Below are positions 60,730-64,000 of a DNA stretch of 64,000 nt, piece by piece. Below the pieces are notes generated by a model that had not been told where the DNA came from, searched no databases, and saw only the letters and a program-made list of their open reading frames with translations. The stretch is taken from assembly GCA_036172245.1 (NCBI GenBank), contig JAYWIR010000010.1:930001-994000 (forward strand). The letters run 5' to 3'. Positions within the stretch are counted from its first letter, which is position 1. Each line of letters opens with the position of its first letter. The DNA is from Raillietiella orientalis. Taxonomy: Eukaryota. Both the position numbers and the translations under genes were made by a program.

Positions 60730-63700
60730 AAAATCGTCTTATCCTGAGTACTTTAGCTGTACTACCTGAGAACTGCTTACGTGCTCCTGCTGCTGGAGAC
60801 TTAATACAGCCCCTTCATCTGGCTGATGGCTCGCAAGTTATCCTTTTCTTGCTTGCCAATGACCTACTACTGGGAGCAGACGGTAAGGGAAAGCGACCCC
60901 CAAAAGGTAGTCTTCAGTTGGTAGGGTAGGAGTAGCCGTTCCACGAAACATCCTATTTCAGCCATCATCGTCAGCTAAAACAACCTCCCGGAAAAGGTCC
61001 TTTGTTGCCACCTCGTCCGCGGCAGAAGGGTCCATCTCCGTTGGAACATCTGCAACAGGGCTCGGTCTCGCGCCCGGACAGCACACTCTCAGATCGGTCA
61101 CGTGCCAGTCGTCTTCTTGGGGAAAGACCTCGAGGGCAGATCTTCCCGGTCACCGGTGCGCTGATACCGTCCGTTCTCCTCTGAGTCAGCTCTTCCTCCG
61201 CCCTTTCCTCTACCCTGACGTCATCAGCGGCGGTGGCGAAGCTTCCGGGCGTCCTCACTTGGAAGAGAGGTCCATTCTGAAAGTTCCGACCCGTCTCGCG
61301 CCCCCGCAGCCTCCGACCGACGGGATAAGGGGCAGCAAAGATGGAGTCCGAGCATCCTCCGACGAACCAGTCGGCGCCGCCCTTCCTTCTTCGGAGTACC
61401 TCGAGCAAAGGGGGCCCCACGGGGGGCGCGATCAGCGCTTTCGGCAGCAATGCGCCCGATCCAGTCACCCTACTAGACCACGGTGAGCGGCTCGGGCGTG
61501 TCAGGGCCTCAATCCCCTCTGACTCTGGCGGTGCCAGGAGACGGCATCCTGGGAGGCGCCTGCTCTGTCCGAGATAGACCCTCGCTGGCCAAAGAGTTCG
61601 TCACCTTGCAGTGCTGAGCGCGCGGGAGCCACGCAGTCAGCACCCCACGCCGGAGTGAGGGCTGAGATGACTCGTCCTTCCTCTCTTCTTCCTTCCCCCC
61701 CTCTGTAGCAAGCATCAGGAGTAACCTTGCTCCCCTCCTGCAGAGCTCTAGAGGGAGGAGGGTCGGCCTCCGACCATGAGAGCTCGTGTCCTTCCGACGC
61801 GCGACCGGCGGCCTTCCGCGAGCCCCGTCACCTCTCCAGGGGCCTCTTCCGCGAGGGGTCCCGGTAGCAGAGCTTCCTTGACGAGGAGCAGCGAGCCGCC
61901 CTGCCTGCCGGCCCTGCGAGGGCGGCGGAGAGGGGCTGCCGATGCTCCTCTTTGTTTACGCTTCCGTGATTTATGGACGCGCTCGGGCGTAAGCAACCCA
62001 CGAGAACTTGACCCAGCCAGGGTCATCAATCAAAAAGAGCGGCTTCTCTTCCTCTTTCCCCAGCAGGCACAGTCGGTCCTCTCTCCGCCGAAGCGGCTCC
62101 TCCCGGAGGAGGAAGCGGCGACATTTCGAGCTTTGCCCGAAGGGAAGAAGAGAAATAGGCAGCTCCACCCGTGCTATTTATAGATGGGAGCGGATTGATG
62201 GCGCCTTGGGTCGCCTGTCAAACTGCAAATATGGCTCCTTCTGAAGAGAAGAGCGGCAGAGGACGCGCTGCTGGATCGCTCTCCAGAGAGGGGGCGACCT
62301 TCTCCAGAAGGGCGGATGCCCGCTCTTCTTGGACATTCCTCGAGGGAGGAAGAAGGGAAAACAGAGATGCTGCCTACTTGGAGTGCACGCTCGGAAATGC
62401 CGGGCCAATTAACGGTGAGGGGCTCCTCTCTTCCGGACCGGAGGGAGGTTCCGGGCAAACATCCGCGCGCGCCTGAGGAGTAGGGTAGGAAGAGGAAGGG
62501 GGGAGGGGGGAAACGCCTCCGCGGTCGTCCCTCTATTCCACGGGACTCAGATTCTTCCTCCTTCGTTTTTCGGTTCCTCCCAGAGCCGAAGGAGCGCCTC
62601 CCGGGACGCAGGATGCAGAATCCGGAGGCGCGAAACGCAAGTTGCACTTCCCCCTTCGTCCTTCCCAGGATGGAGAAAGAGGAAGGAAGGCCTGGGAGGA
62701 GCTGCTTCGACCTCTTGAGATGGTGGTCGCCGTCACAACTCTTGACCGCTTGTCGTCAGCTGCATGGATCTCTTCTTTTCCTCCCATTCCTTTCTCGGGT
62801 CTTTTCGTGACGTCATGCCTGAAATCGAGGCGATGCGGGTGGAAGAAAGATGCTGGTGTGTCCAAGGCACCTCGAGACTGCTGGTCGGACCCCGATGTCC
62901 CTTCCCGTAGCACCCCTGTTCGCCTCCCTCCCTCCATCTCCCCAGATGCGCTCTTCAACGCAGCACACCGCGGCGCGCAGCGGGGTCACTCGTCTCAAAG
63001 CCTGAGGTCAAGAGCCTCCAAGATGAGCCCTCGCTGTGAGGACAGGGGTGATCCACCACCAGCTCCCGTAATCCTCTGTTCCACAGCTTCTTGTTCCTCT
63101 CGCTGGAGCTGCGAGTCAGAAGGCACTTGGCTCACGACCTTCACGACACGATTGCGCCAATGGCACAGCACTAGACGTTCCAGGGGCGAGGTGAGGGTGG
63201 AGGACACACCAGTCCGACAAAGCGACAACGAACGGATGGCCCGGTGGCTGCCTTCCACGATTACTGCGTAGCTCAAAAAACCCTTCTTCCTTCCCCATCC
63301 TCACCACAAATAATTAGGGTTCGTGTTTGGTGCCTGATGAGCTCTCAAGGGCGCCTTCAGGAAGGACGCCTCAGATTTCTCGGTCGTTAAGGGAGTAACG
63401 ACGGAATTCTGGAACCATCTTGGAAGCGCGGCTTCGCTGAGAGCTGCCGCCATCCCCAGGTCTGCGGAGCTCCTCGGGACGGTTTTGTTCGGAGACGTCC
63501 TTCCACCACCATGCCAGAGCATCCTGTTTCCAGAACGCGCGGGATGGGGATGGAACGGGGATTCCGAACCTCGGAACAGACGATGGGCCTCGACCCTCAA
63601 AAGCTCTGTAGGCTCACCCTGCCAACAGCACCCGCCTTCCGGATGGGCAACTCCCTCCTTTCAGGCAGCACTCGCCTTCCCCGGCTGGTCGATTCCATCC

Positions 63701-64000
63701 CTCAAATGATGAGGAATGAGGTGAGGAATGGTACCCGAAATCCGGCCCTCAGGATGGTGAGGAAGACTGACACGAGACTTTGAGAGTCCCATGAAGAGTG
63801 CTCTCTGTGACGGACTCCAAAGGACCACAAGGAAAACGACACAGATCGAAAGGGAGAAAAGGACATCAAAAGAGCCGAGCAGATCTCGTGTCTATCTTTC
63901 CGACGGGAGGGTGCAAAGAGCCACAGGCACGCACTCCCAGCCGGGTCGTCCGAGAGCGAATTTCAGGGAGCATCGCACCACCCGGCAGCAGCACCACGCA
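60730..64000 (-). pseudogene. L1/Tx1-like LINE RT remnant running off the window end
   Basis: Ordered minus-strand motifs SPNKT, LPRWFQNSVVTPL (RT domain 1-like), frameshifted LDL-KAFDRV (62984-63015) and GIRP[SGE]GRPLSG (62282-62321; cf. GVRQGCPLSP). Confidence 0.55.

Noticed and set aside
63334..63360. CTGATGA with a short stem (hammerhead-like)
   Set aside because: The required GAAA after stem II is missing.
63406..63417. WFQN peptide suggesting a second homeobox
   Set aside because: No helix 1/2 or RR follows; the context fits LINE RT domain 1.
1..64000. CRISPR array, operon or other prokaryotic system
   Set aside because: No regularly spaced repeats or dense gene blocks; the window is a spliced eukaryotic locus.

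Overview
Eukaryotic, GC-rich and CpG-rich animal DNA, probably arthropod and possibly chelicerate (inferred from the protein and transposon types). The only supportable protein-coding gene is a two-exon ladybird/Lbx NK-class homeobox gene on the + strand: CDS join(35795..36395,42584..43011), 342 aa, with one 6188-bp phase-1 GT-AG intron. The flanks and intron are mostly decayed mobile elements. These include about nine L1/Tx1-like non-LTR retrotransposon remnants (APE, RT, zf-RVT motifs), a tRNA-derived SINE family in four copies plus a second SINE head, several MITE-like repeat pairs and probable hAT vestiges. Short AT-richer islands packed with homeodomain, Exd/Hth, Tinman, Fox and TCF motifs are candidate Lbx enhancers. 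The most notable observations are: every recognisable LINE remnant is on the minus strand; old elements appear disrupted by short templated insertions and palindromes; the Lbx start is preceded by an in-frame uORF ending in a leaky UGA-C and by an overlapping uORF; and the SINE has a conserved central core. I found no prokaryotic-type system (CRISPR, operon), no intact tRNA or rRNA gene, and no clearly novel multi-gene system. Most ORFs in the track are GC-rich artefacts, and TE boundaries are approximate because they were read by eye.
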